A stretch of 64,000 nt of DNA, from positions 1-64,000 of IMG/VR virus record IMGVR_UViG_3300025133_006719. The stretch is one strand, 5' to 3'. The position numbers and the translations under genes were made by a program. Positions 18,785 to 28,464 of this stretch are shown here, one piece after another (the stretch's first letter is position 1; each line of letters starts with the position of its first letter). The notes below the pieces were generated by a model. The model did not search any database. It saw nothing but the letters and a program-made list of their open reading frames with translations, and was not told where the DNA came from. Origin of the DNA: a virus.

Positions 18785-19421
18785 ATCTAAGTATCTCAAA
18801 TCGTCTATAAAGTCTCTACTTAATTCTGACTTAGGAGACTCAACTATACATATTTATGACGATTGTAGCGAAGAGCCAAAAACATTAGGCATATTAGAAT
18901 CATTAAAAGATCACCCCCAAATTGAAATAGCAGTCAACGAAAGGAACTTGGGGTGCGATACTAATATAGCCTTAGCAGCCAGAGAAATAATCGAGAAAAC
19001 AGGATGTGAATACATCATTAGCACAGACAGCGATACTATCTACAATAAAGAGTGGTTAAACTTTTTTAAGAGCCAGCTTTCCAAGCCGGGGATTACTGAT
19101 TTTGCAGCTGCTATATCGTTGTTTAACGCTTCAGTTCATCCTGTTATTGGTACTTATGACGATGACCTTAACGTTAAAGAGAGTATGGGAGGGATGACGG
19201 TAGCCGTTAAGAGTTCGTATTTCTTTGATATGGATGAGACTACCGCCACAATAAATAAGCCGTGGTTCTGTTGGGACTGGGAGGTAGTTTATAAATCTCA
19301 AGAAAAAGGGGAACTCTTACTTTGCTCTAAGACCAGCATGGTTAGCCATATAGGTAAATATGGAGTTCATGCTAGAGGTGACGGCAATTGGGATCAGTGC
19401 GAGGATTTTATAGGAGAATAG
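18756..19421 (+). CDS. Glycosyltransferase family 2
   Basis: TFNR, YDDCS, N.RNLG, TDSD, HIG..G.H. Confidence 0.85.
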   Translation: MEVLLTTFNRSKYLKSSIKSLLNSDLGDSTIHIYDDCSEEPKTLGILESLKDHPQIEIAVNERNLGCDTNIALAAREIIEKTGCEYIISTDSDTIYNKEWLNFFKSQLSKPGITDFAAAISLFNASVHPVIGTYDDDLNVKESMGGMTVAVKSSYFFDMDETTATINKPWFCWDWEVVYKSQEKGELLLCSKTSMVSHIGKYGVHARGDGNWDQCEDFIGE

Positions 19422-19422
19422 A

Positions 19423-19600
19423 TATGGAAAATATAGAAAAAATAGATGAAGCTTTGGATCTTATAGTATCAATAGACACAGAGCGACTAACAGAAGAAGC
19501 AGCGGGGAATGTAATCTATGACGTTAACGATGCAGCAATATCTCTAGAGAGAATTAAAGACAGTCTTCTGGAAAAAACAAATTATGTTGAGTTTATTTAA
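19423..19600 (+). CDS. Small hypothetical protein (start approximate)
   Basis: MENIEKIDEALD... fills the gap in the operon. Confidence 0.5.
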
Positions 19601-20300
19601 GGATATTTACTGTATAAACTTAACCTCCAGAGAAGATAGGTGGCACCAAGTCCAAAAGTCTTTTTCTCAAATAGGCATTAAAGAGAAAGTACAAAGGTTT
19701 CCGGCTGTAAATCCAAGGGGATACGAGTTTGACCCTAAGTTCGACACCAAGGTAGGACCCTACCACATAGTACCTAACGCAGGATGCCTCGGCTCCCACA
19801 GGGCTATAATAAAAAAAGCTAAAGAAGAAGGGATGGAGCAAGTCCTCGTATTTGAAGACGACGTTTCTTTTCTTCATGAAGACATAACGGCGGTGAGACA
19901 CTCTGCAGAAGATCTGCCTAACACGTGGGGGCTATTTTACCTAGGAGCAACGGTTGAGAAAAAAATGAGCATGGTCTCTAATTTTTTATTCCGGACTAAT
20001 TGCGCTAAAGCTACTCACGCAGTAGTATATCACCACACAGTTTACGACGATATATTATCCAAAGTTCCAGAGGATATATCAGATTTGGTAGAGTTCACGG
20101 CGGGATGCGTAGCTGTCGACAACTTCTTAATACAAGAAATTCAGTCAAAGCACGCGACATATATTTGCAATCCCCTTTTCGCCGTCCAAGGTAAAAGCTT
20201 TAGCGATATAGTCCAGAGGAACATAGATTATAGTCACGATCAGATTAGGCTCTTCGATCAAAACAGGCCTGACGAGTGGTTCACGGAAAACTATAAATGA
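19584..20300 (+). CDS. Glycosyltransferase family 25
   Basis: YCINL..R.DRW, GCL.SH, LVFEDD, THA. Confidence 0.88.
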   Translation: MLSLFKDIYCINLTSREDRWHQVQKSFSQIGIKEKVQRFPAVNPRGYEFDPKFDTKVGPYHIVPNAGCLGSHRAIIKKAKEEGMEQVLVFEDDVSFLHEDITAVRHSAEDLPNTWGLFYLGATVEKKMSMVSNFLFRTNCAKATHAVVYHHTVYDDILSKVPEDISDLVEFTAGCVAVDNFLIQEIQSKHATYICNPLFAVQGKSFSDIVQRNIDYSHDQIRLFDQNRPDEWFTENYK

Positions 20301-21133
20301 TTACCTTTAAAAAGCTTGGGAGATTTGGTGGATTGGGGAATTCCTTATTCCAGTACAGCACCCTAATAGCTGTGGCGGAAAGGTATGGCTACGATATTAA
20401 GATACCTTACAAAAATGAAACTTTCTACGAAGAGTCGTATGAAGCTAATTGTTATTCTATATTTCAAGGGTTTAAAAAAGTTTACGACAACCTAGAGAAA
20501 GAAGACTTAGGGAACATAATGTATGAAGTAAGCGAAGCGGGAATGTCTTACGATCCTAATCTACTAAACGACATAAAAGACAACACAAATCTCCACGGAT
20601 ATTTCCAATGCGAAAAATACTTCAAAGACTACAGGGATAAAATCTTACAAACCTTGATCCCGACGGGTTATACGTATTCGTTTGCGATGAACTTTTTAAA
20701 CAGAAGTTCGGGAGAAGAGATAGACCCATTTGAATGTACATCTGTTCACGTAAGAAGGGGTGATTATTTAAAGAAGTCAGACTACTACAACATATTAGAT
20801 AAAGATTACTACCAAAAATCCATGGAAGAATCTAATACAAAGAAATACATATTCTTTTCAGATGACCCGGAGTGGTGCATGGAAAACTTTAAATCAGACG
20901 ACTACTACTTCAACAAAGAGGAGAACTCGCCATACGCCGACCTTCTTTGCATGTCCCTATGCAAGAACAACATCATAGCAAATAGCAGCTTCAGTTGGTG
21001 GGGAGCTTGGATGAATCAAAAAGAGGATAAGAAAGTCATTGCTCCTAAGGTTTGGTTTAATCCACAAATAAAAGACCGCAATAAAAACTACGAGGACAAG
21101 GATATAGTACCAGAAAGTTGGATAAAAATATGA
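20297..21133 (+). CDS. GT11 alpha-1,2-fucosyl/colitosyltransferase
   Basis: GGLGN.LFQY, GYFQ.EKYF, HVRRGDY, FSDD..W, NSSFSWWGAW. Confidence 0.92.
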   Translation: MITFKKLGRFGGLGNSLFQYSTLIAVAERYGYDIKIPYKNETFYEESYEANCYSIFQGFKKVYDNLEKEDLGNIMYEVSEAGMSYDPNLLNDIKDNTNLHGYFQCEKYFKDYRDKILQTLIPTGYTYSFAMNFLNRSSGEEIDPFECTSVHVRRGDYLKKSDYYNILDKDYYQKSMEESNTKKYIFFSDDPEWCMENFKSDDYYFNKEENSPYADLLCMSLCKNNIIANSSFSWWGAWMNQKEDKKVIAPKVWFNPQIKDRNKNYEDKDIVPESWIKI

Positions 21134-22026
21134 GCACAGTAATATTTGGAGCTAGAGGTTTCGTAGGCTCAAGCCTAGGACCCGAACTTGACCTAGCCTT
21201 TAAACCCAATAAATCGGTTTGCGACCTGACGAATCTCGATTCAGTTTTAACCTATTTAGACGGAACCAAGCCCGAAGCTATAGTAAATATGGCGGCTAGA
21301 GTTGGAGGCTTTCAATACAACAAAATAAACAACGTAGAGCTATTGAGAAACAACTCTTTAATCGCTTTAAATTTAGCAACGGCGATAAAGAAGCTAAGAT
21401 TAAGTTGTTATTACGTATATGTAAGTAGCGCTTGCGTCTACAAAGACGGCAATAGCCAAGAGGATTCCGTTTTTTTAGATAATCCGAACAATAATAACTT
21501 CGGGTACGGTCACTCTAAAAGGTTGGGCCACAAGGTTATAGATGCCTTAAACATAGACTGCCCAGATCTAATTAAGTCATGCATACTAATTCCAACCAAT
21601 ATGTATGGCCCGCATGATGATTTTGATCCTTTTGTATCTCATGTTATTCCAAATTTAATTAGGCAAATGGTATCAAAAGAAGATACTATAAAAGTATTAG
21701 GTAACCCAAATAACGGAAGAGACTTCATGTATAGCGGGGACTTATGCAACGCCATCTCAGAATGCTTAAGAAAAAAAATCGAAGGAACGTACAACGTTTC
21801 GACCTTCTTAACCGTCACAATTAAAACTCTAGTAGAGACGCTAGTAGAGATAACCGGCTACGAAGGGGTGGTAGAGATGGAAGAACCAGACGAATCTAAA
21901 GAGGCGGAGGTTAGAATATTAAATAATACAAAAATAGTAGAAGCGCTAAATCTATCAGGCGACGCTTTCACAGACTTAAAAGCAGGACTTAAACAAACCG
22001 TAGAATGGTACAAGAGTGGAAATTAA
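21130..22026 (+). CDS. GDP-L-fucose/GDP-L-colitose synthase (epimerase-reductase, Fcl/ColC)
   Basis: GARGFVG, AARVGG...N, SSACVY, YxxxK, PTNMYGP.D.F...SHVIP. Confidence 0.88.
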   Translation: MSTVIFGARGFVGSSLGPELDLAFKPNKSVCDLTNLDSVLTYLDGTKPEAIVNMAARVGGFQYNKINNVELLRNNSLIALNLATAIKKLRLSCYYVYVSSACVYKDGNSQEDSVFLDNPNNNNFGYGHSKRLGHKVIDALNIDCPDLIKSCILIPTNMYGPHDDFDPFVSHVIPNLIRQMVSKEDTIKVLGNPNNGRDFMYSGDLCNAISECLRKKIEGTYNVSTFLTVTIKTLVETLVEITGYEGVVEMEEPDESKEAEVRILNNTKIVEALNLSGDAFTDLKAGLKQTVEWYKSGN

Positions 22027-23249
22027 ACGTAGACAACTTTACCCTATTAGACCGCCTCAAGATATGTAAGTTCTTTTTATCAAAAAAGAACAGGTGGACT
22101 CAGGGAAAGTATGTAAGAGAATACGAAAAGGCGTGGGCCGAATACACAGGCTGCAAATACGCCGTTATGTTTTCTAGCGGTTCTACCGCTAACTCTTCCA
22201 TTGCCCAGTATATAAAACACAAAACTGAAGATGGCACCCATAAGTCAATCGGCTCCACAGTGTTGGTACCTTCCGTAACTTGGCAAACGTCTGTTACCCC
22301 TTGGATAAAAGCAGGCTTTAAAGTAAAGTTTATAGATATAACTTATGACGACTTTGGAATGAGCGCCAAAGAGCTGGGGCTATATTTAGAAGAGAATAAA
22401 AATAAGGTTGCCTACGTTTGGCCTACTTCTTTAATTGGGTTTAACCCAGATGTAAAAGGGATTACAGAAGAATGCAGAAAACATAAAGTAGAATATGGAC
22501 TAGATAATTGTGAGAACGCTTTTGGAGAGGTCTTGTCAACAGCAGAAGACGGAGACCTAACGCTCAAAACCCATATTTGTAAGGTAGCAACAAGCTCCAT
22601 CTCTACTTACTTCGGGCACCATACCACCTCAGTAGAGGGAGGCTTTATCCTAACTGATGACGAGAGAGAGTATAAATTCCATTTGATGAACAGGTCGCAT
22701 GGCATGACCAGAAGCCTGACAGAATATGGCATAGACTGTAAACTCTATCAGAACAATTTGGTTGATCCTAGTTTTGATTTTTTCTGCATGGGAAGTAACT
22801 ACAGGGCCACAGACATAGAAGCCTTTATAGGCTTACTAGACTTTAAGAGGATTGAAGACTATATAGAGACTAGGAGAGAATTGTATTCCTACTTCGCGGG
22901 GAAGATTGACCACGAGAAGTTTATACTGCCTAAGTTTGACATACATAACCTAAACGTCCCATTCTGCTTGCCTATAATTTTCAAAAAGAAAACGGCAGAC
23001 TGGAGAGCTAAAGATCTAGTGCTTGACACAAAAGCCTTTTGCGCTAAAAATAAAATAGAGCACAGGCAGATAATAGGAGGAAACATGCTTCGCCAGAGAC
23101 CATACCTCTCACCATTCCCAAAAGGGGAACAGTGGAAGGAATACCCAGTAGCCGAACACCTCCACAATTACGGGCTTTACGTAGGGCTAAACCACAAAGT
23201 CAAAAAAAGCATGATCTCAAACTTAACAGAGTATTTAAACAACTTATGA
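22005..23249 (+). CDS. colD: GDP-4-keto-6-deoxy-D-mannose 3-dehydratase (ColD-type PLP enzyme)
   Basis: SSGSTAN, DNCE, STYFGHH.TSVEGG with His in place of the aminotransferase Lys; RSHG. Confidence 0.75.
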   Translation: MVQEWKLNVDNFTLLDRLKICKFFLSKKNRWTQGKYVREYEKAWAEYTGCKYAVMFSSGSTANSSIAQYIKHKTEDGTHKSIGSTVLVPSVTWQTSVTPWIKAGFKVKFIDITYDDFGMSAKELGLYLEENKNKVAYVWPTSLIGFNPDVKGITEECRKHKVEYGLDNCENAFGEVLSTAEDGDLTLKTHICKVATSSISTYFGHHTTSVEGGFILTDDEREYKFHLMNRSHGMTRSLTEYGIDCKLYQNNLVDPSFDFFCMGSNYRATDIEAFIGLLDFKRIEDYIETRRELYSYFAGKIDHEKFILPKFDIHNLNVPFCLPIIFKKKTADWRAKDLVLDTKAFCAKNKIEHRQIIGGNMLRQRPYLSPFPKGEQWKEYPVAEHLHNYGLYVGLNHKVKKSMISNLTEYLNNL

Positions 23250-24286
23250 AAAACGTAATAATAACGGGAGTGACAGGACAGGACGGCTCCAATATGGCTG
23301 ACCACCTCATAAACAACCATGAGGACATCCATGTCTACGGAATGTCTAGGAGGGTTTCGATACCGAATAACAACAACATCAAGCACTTACTGTCCCACCC
23401 CAGATTTACCCTGTTTCATGGCGACCTTACTGATTCAACGAGCATAAACAGCGCCGTAAAGAAGTATTCCCCAGATTATTTTTTAAATTTTGCTGCTAAC
23501 TCTTATGTTGGATGTAGCTGGACAAGCCCCATCCATGTCTGGGAAACCAATACGACTGGTTTACTTAGATGTTTAGAAGCCATTAGGTGCTATGCCCCCA
23601 AATGTCGGTTCTATAGCGCTGGTAGCTCTGAAGAGATGGGGGACGTGGATTACTCACCACAAGACCTTAAACACCCCATTAAACCCAGAAGCCCCTATGG
23701 AGCCTCTAAGGCAGCTTGTAGGCACCTAACTAAGGTTTACAGAGAGTCTTACAACCTTTTCGCTATCCATAGCATTTTATTCAACCACGAAGGATTGAGG
23801 AGAGGTGAGGAATTTGTCACACGTAAAATTACAAAAGGCGTAGCCAAAATTAAGAAAAGCATAAAAAACAATGAAGACATTATTCCCATTCGATTAGGCA
23901 ACGTTAATTCAAGGAGAGACTGGTCTGATTCTGAGGATTTTATGAGGGGTGTTTGGATGATGATGCAGCAAGACGAACCCAAAGAGCATATCCTAGCTAG
24001 CGGAGAGACCCATTCCATTAAAGACTTTGTCGCAACTGCCTTTGCTGCCGCCGGTATCCCCGGTTTATGGAGTGGGGAAGGAATGGACGAAAAGTTTAGG
24101 CTTTTTCAAGAGAACACGGTCTTAGCGGAAATAGATAATGAATTTTATAGGCCAGCGGAAGTCGAGCTTTTGTGGGGAGACTCAACATCAGCTAGAAAAG
24201 AACTAGGATGGGAACCGCAGATTTCGTTTGACAAACTAGTAGAACGTATGGTACACTGTGACCTTGCGTTGAATGACGGACTTTGA
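23246..24286 (+). CDS. gmd: GDP-mannose 4,6-dehydratase
   Basis: ITGVTGQDGS, AGSSE, PRSPYGASK, LFNHE..RRG..FVTRKIT, RDW, RPAEV..L.GD. Confidence 0.95.
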   Translation: MKNVIITGVTGQDGSNMADHLINNHEDIHVYGMSRRVSIPNNNNIKHLLSHPRFTLFHGDLTDSTSINSAVKKYSPDYFLNFAANSYVGCSWTSPIHVWETNTTGLLRCLEAIRCYAPKCRFYSAGSSEEMGDVDYSPQDLKHPIKPRSPYGASKAACRHLTKVYRESYNLFAIHSILFNHEGLRRGEEFVTRKITKGVAKIKKSIKNNEDIIPIRLGNVNSRRDWSDSEDFMRGVWMMMQQDEPKEHILASGETHSIKDFVATAFAAAGIPGLWSGEGMDEKFRLFQENTVLAEIDNEFYRPAEVELLWGDSTSARKELGWEPQISFDKLVERMVHCDLALNDGL

Positions 24287-24704
24287 GCTAATAGGAGAAT
24301 CTATCGGAGACACCGGCGAAAAGAAGGCTAAAGCTAAGGCTAAAGCTAAAAAGCCAGCGCCAAAGGATAAGAATCATGCTTTCTATTCCTTCATGGTTTC
24401 TACGTTTTGCTCCGATCCAAAGAAGATAACGTTCATCTTTCAGTACAAGAGGGCCAAAGAGCTTTTCGCTATTATACCTGACAAAAAGTTTTGGAAGTGG
24501 CTGAACGCGGAGGGACACAAGATATACTCCCTAAAAGAGTGGCTGAAACCAGAGAAGACAGAGTGGCTCAAATTTCAAAACAAGAAAAGGAACCTAAACC
24601 TGTCAGACAAGAAGACATACAGCTTAGAAAATAAACCAATCGGAAAAAATAAAAAAGGATTAAAATACCACAAGAACTTAATTGATTTCACAGACGATGA
24701 GTAA
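24273..24704 (+). CDS. Hypothetical protein
   Basis: ORF preceded by TTGACA...TACACT near 24228-24256. Confidence 0.6.
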   Translation: MTDFELIGESIGDTGEKKAKAKAKAKKPAPKDKNHAFYSFMVSTFCSDPKKITFIFQYKRAKELFAIIPDKKFWKWLNAEGHKIYSLKEWLKPEKTEWLKFQNKKRNLNLSDKKTYSLENKPIGKNKKGLKYHKNLIDFTDDE

Positions 24705-25761
24705 AGAAAAAATAGCACAACTACTTAATGATAAAAGGTTTAAGGGCCATCACTACAACACCAGCGCCCCCATTGATTGGTGTAGCAGTACCGGGAGCAT
24801 CGCACTAGACATCTTTATGGACGGCGGGCTTACCCCGGGTATATTCAGGGCGTCAGGCGAACCGGAGAGCGGAAAGACCAGCTTCGCTTTAAACTGTGCA
24901 AAAATATTTCAAGAGACAGTAAAGAATTCATTTGTCTTTTATGTTAACGCCGAAGGCAGACTTAATAAGATTCTTCTTGAAAGGAGCGGGATATCCCTCA
25001 AGGAAGACAAGTGGTTTTGTTTAGATAGCAATATGCTTGAGCCAAGCTTAGGCATGATAAAGGAGTTAGTACTAGACAACAAAAATAATTATCAATATTT
25101 ATTTATCTTAGATTCTACAGATGCTCTTTGTAGGGTGGAGGATTTAAACAAAGACTTCTCTCAAGGCCAAAAAGTCGCAGGTTCAGCGGTTACTTTTTCG
25201 TTTGCGGGTAAATCTCTTAGCTTACCTATTACAAGATACGGTCACGCTATGATAGTTTTATCTCAAACCAGAACGAAGATGAACACTACCGGCTATGGCG
25301 CAACTGGCGGATCAACTGTTTCCGGAGGCAAAGCTTTGGGGTTTTATAGTTCAGTTATGGCAGAAATACAGCCCCTATGGACAGACCTTTATATTTGGGA
25401 AAACCCATCAGCAGCTTCAATTAAAGACAAAGGGAAACGTCTCGGCCACTATTGCGTTATGAAGTTCTCGAAGACTCGTAACGAAAAAACCGGGCAGACG
25501 GTGGCTATTCCAGTTAAGTACTCCCAACAAGGAGGGGCCATATGGAGGGAAGTCGAAATTTATATGCTTTTACTACAGTTTGAGTTCCTTAAAAAGTCGG
25601 GGGCATGGTATGTTTTTTCAGACGATTTAGTGGAAGAGGTAGAGTCTCAAAAGATTGAGATTAAACAAAAGTTCCAAGGAGAAAGAAATCTTTGGGCCTA
25701 TTTGGCGGGGAATGATAAGCTTTTAGATTTCCTGTCAAACAAGTTTAAAGAACTCATTTGA
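24697..25761 (+). CDS. recA: RecA/UvsX-like recombinase
   Basis: STGS.ALD...GG, GEPESGKT, SGGKAL.FYSS, K.GAWY. Confidence 0.92.
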   Translation: MSKEKIAQLLNDKRFKGHHYNTSAPIDWCSSTGSIALDIFMDGGLTPGIFRASGEPESGKTSFALNCAKIFQETVKNSFVFYVNAEGRLNKILLERSGISLKEDKWFCLDSNMLEPSLGMIKELVLDNKNNYQYLFILDSTDALCRVEDLNKDFSQGQKVAGSAVTFSFAGKSLSLPITRYGHAMIVLSQTRTKMNTTGYGATGGSTVSGGKALGFYSSVMAEIQPLWTDLYIWENPSAASIKDKGKRLGHYCVMKFSKTRNEKTGQTVAIPVKYSQQGGAIWREVEIYMLLLQFEFLKKSGAWYVFSDDLVEEVESQKIEIKQKFQGERNLWAYLAGNDKLLDFLSNKFKELI

Positions 25762-26171
25762 AACTCTACAACACAAGCGGCAGACTTGTAAACAGAAATG
25801 TTTCAAAATGTTTAATAGACTGGAGCGGCAACTCCAGATCCAAACTTCAATACAAAGTAAAACAGTTCTTAAAAACTTTTTGGGAGCATCATATAGTCTA
25901 CGAAGAGTTCCCAGTCTTTGGAAGTAGAATGAAGGTAGACATAGTTAACATCACTAAATACATAGCGGTAGAAGTAAACGGGCAGCAGCACAGTTCATTT
26001 AATAAGTTTTTCCACAACTCAAGATATGGATATTTCCAGTCTATAAGCAGGGATGTAAAAAAAGAAGATTGGTTAGAAAAGAACGGTTTTGCTTTACTTA
26101 CTATAGAATACAACGAAGTAGACGACTTGTCAGAATCCTTCGTAAAGGAAAAGTTTGATATATCACTCTAA
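25758..26171 (+). CDS. PD-(D/E)xK endonuclease (DUF559/Vsr-like)
   Basis: EEFP, D, AVEVNG.QH, RD..K..W...NG. Confidence 0.75.
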   Translation: MKLYNTSGRLVNRNVSKCLIDWSGNSRSKLQYKVKQFLKTFWEHHIVYEEFPVFGSRMKVDIVNITKYIAVEVNGQQHSSFNKFFHNSRYGYFQSISRDVKKEDWLEKNGFALLTIEYNEVDDLSESFVKEKFDISL

Positions 26172-26188
26172 TATGTGTAATATAAACT

Positions 26189-26488
26189 ATGGAAAGCAAG
26201 GGGTTCACAATACCTCCGTCTGCATTAAAGCAGTTAAACGAATTCTCCGATGGAGGTTTCGCTCTTTTCCTTTATGACGAGATGGGGAATCCAAACGTTC
26301 ATACCAAATTTGACACGAACAAAGACGCTATGGCCCTTCAGATGTTTATTTCAAATTGGGCAGAAGCTTTAAATAAGATAAGCATAAAATCAACGCTAAA
26401 TTCCCTTTCTGTTGACACAGGAGACGAAGATCCTCTTGACGATTTTGAAATTCCAGAGGATGAGGACGACGAGACGGATTTTATTTGA
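26189..26488 (+). CDS. Hypothetical protein with acidic tail
   Basis: GTGTAATATA at 26175, 14 nt before ATG. Confidence 0.65.
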   Translation: MESKGFTIPPSALKQLNEFSDGGFALFLYDEMGNPNVHTKFDTNKDAMALQMFISNWAEALNKISIKSTLNSLSVDTGDEDPLDDFEIPEDEDDETDFI

Positions 26489-26513
26489 CACCGAAGCCCC
26501 GTCGAGGTAGGAT
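26485..26513 (+). promoter_or_regulatory. TTGAC-N7-CCCC promoter
   Basis: TTGACA-17nt-TAGGAT before helicase. Confidence 0.7.
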
Positions 26514-26533
26514 AACTTCTTGATCTAATTAGA

Positions 26534-28039
26534 TTGATGTCCAATATATATTCTTTACGTATCGAAAAACATGTTTTAGGGGGAATCATTAATCACCCTT
26601 CCGCCTTTCTGGATCTTGATGGATTTGTAACTCATGAAGATTTTTACAGCGAGCTTCATAGCACAATATTTAAAGTTATTAGATCTATAATCCTAGAAGG
26701 AGAGTTTTCAAAAGATAAATTAGACGATGTAATAATTGCTCAAAAGATAGTAAACTTAGGCATAAGGTTTAAAGATGAAATAGATGTATTCAGTTATATC
26801 AAAAGTATATCTTTCGCTCAGATAAACAAGAAGGGAACCATCAACTCCGCCAAAGAGTTAATAAAGCTAACTGTAAGAAGGAACACAGAACTAACAGGAA
26901 GAAACCTTGTCGAGCACGCCAGAAAAGAAGGAGATAATACTCTAACAGATTTCATAGCTAAGGCTGACAACATATACAGTGATAAGATATACGAATACAC
27001 AGGAGAGGCAGAGCCTTCCAATTTGTTCGACAATATGTCTGAACTCATTGAAGACAGGGGAAACAATCCTGAGAGAGACCCCGGCTACCTAACATCTTAC
27101 GAAGAGTTTAACAGGCTTTATGGAGGGCTTCGTCCCGGAAACATTTACGCAATAGCTTCTAGACCGGGACAAGGTAAGACAACTTGGATAAACGATCTTC
27201 TTATGAAAACCGCTAAGAAGAATAAGGTAAAAGCCTTAATCTTGGATACCGAAATGAGCAAGGAGGAAATGCAATTCAGAATGGCGGCGGCAATTTCTGG
27301 AGTTCCTTCTTGGTTTTTGGAAACAGGTAACTGGCGTAAGAATAAAGAAATGATAACAAAGGTGAGAGAAGCTCTTCAAGAAGTAAGGAGCTACGACTAC
27401 ACTCACTTTCATGTCGGCAGTAAAGACATAGATCAAGTTTGCAATATTGTTAAAAGGTGGTACTATAAAACAGTAGGCAGAGGGAACGGCTGTATAATAG
27501 GGTACGACTACGTTAAGCTTACCGGCGAGAAGGTAGACAGAAATTGGGCAGAGCATCAAGCAATAGGTGAAAAGATTGACAAACTAAAAAGACTTTCCGA
27601 AGAATTAAAATGTCCTGTCATAACAGCAATGCAGCTTAACAGGCAAGGCGAGAGCCATAACCGAAATTCAAATACCGTTGTCGACGATAGCTCTGTAATC
27701 GCCCTGTCAGACAGGCTCCAATGGTTTTCCAGTTACGTCGGCATTTTTAGAAGAAAAACTTTAGACGAAATAGCCCTAGACGGAGAAGAGTTCGGTACTC
27801 ATAAGTTAGTGACTATAAAATCCAGATTCCAAGGAAGAGACGCGGCAGGGCATCAAGACCTAGTGAGGAGAGTGGTGGAAGATGGATCTGAAAGATTCAC
27901 GTACAACTACTTAAACTTTTCAGTTGAGAATTTCAATTGCGAAGAGATGGGGTCTCTTGAGACTATAGTGCAAAGACAAAGAGAACAACATACATTAGAA
28001 GACAGACACCCAGAAGATAACGACGACGAACTAATATGA
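26534..28039 (+). CDS. dnaB: Replicative DNA helicase
   Basis: EK.VLGG N-domain, SRPGQGKT, EM, DY.KL, QLNR, K.R. Confidence 0.93.
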   Translation: MMSNIYSLRIEKHVLGGIINHPSAFLDLDGFVTHEDFYSELHSTIFKVIRSIILEGEFSKDKLDDVIIAQKIVNLGIRFKDEIDVFSYIKSISFAQINKKGTINSAKELIKLTVRRNTELTGRNLVEHARKEGDNTLTDFIAKADNIYSDKIYEYTGEAEPSNLFDNMSELIEDRGNNPERDPGYLTSYEEFNRLYGGLRPGNIYAIASRPGQGKTTWINDLLMKTAKKNKVKALILDTEMSKEEMQFRMAAAISGVPSWFLETGNWRKNKEMITKVREALQEVRSYDYTHFHVGSKDIDQVCNIVKRWYYKTVGRGNGCIIGYDYVKLTGEKVDRNWAEHQAIGEKIDKLKRLSEELKCPVITAMQLNRQGESHNRNSNTVVDDSSVIALSDRLQWFSSYVGIFRRKTLDEIALDGEEFGTHKLVTIKSRFQGRDAAGHQDLVRRVVEDGSERFTYNYLNFSVENFNCEEMGSLETIVQRQREQHTLEDRHPEDNDDELI

Positions 28040-28464
28040 AAACCGAAACTAAAGAATCAACAGACAAAACATGGTTTATTGATATAGACGGAACTATCGT
28101 TAAACATAATTCCAACGATAAAATAGATGAAGCTATTGAAGCAAAAGGTCATGATAGCCACCTAATAGAAACACCCATAACACCTAGTATTGAGTTTCTT
28201 AACTCTATACCAGATAACGATACCATAGTTTTAACTACGGCAAGAGATAGCAAACACGCACCACATACTATAAAAATGCTTAAGCATTACGACATAAGGT
28301 ATGATAGAATTATGTTTGACTTAATGGCTGGGCCAAGGGTTCTTGTGAACGATATTAAACCTGTCGGGACTGCCGGTAATAAGGTGCCAATGAAAACAGC
28401 TTTCGCAATTAACACGAACAGAGACGAAGGTATACTAAATGACTATAAAGGAAGTATTATCTGA
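28036..28464 (+). CDS. HAD-superfamily phosphatase
   Basis: FIDIDGT, TTAR, ND motif. Confidence 0.8.
   Translation: MKTETKESTDKTWFIDIDGTIVKHNSNDKIDEAIEAKGHDSHLIETPITPSIEFLNSIPDNDTIVLTTARDSKHAPHTIKMLKHYDIRYDRIMFDLMAGPRVLVNDIKPVGTAGNKVPMKTAFAINTNRDEGILNDYKGSII

Noticed and set aside
22005-23249. Perosamine synthase/DegT aminotransferase or RfbH
   Set aside because: The catalytic Lys is replaced by His; DNCE rather than the RfbH Cys-rich motif; GDP-pathway neighbours
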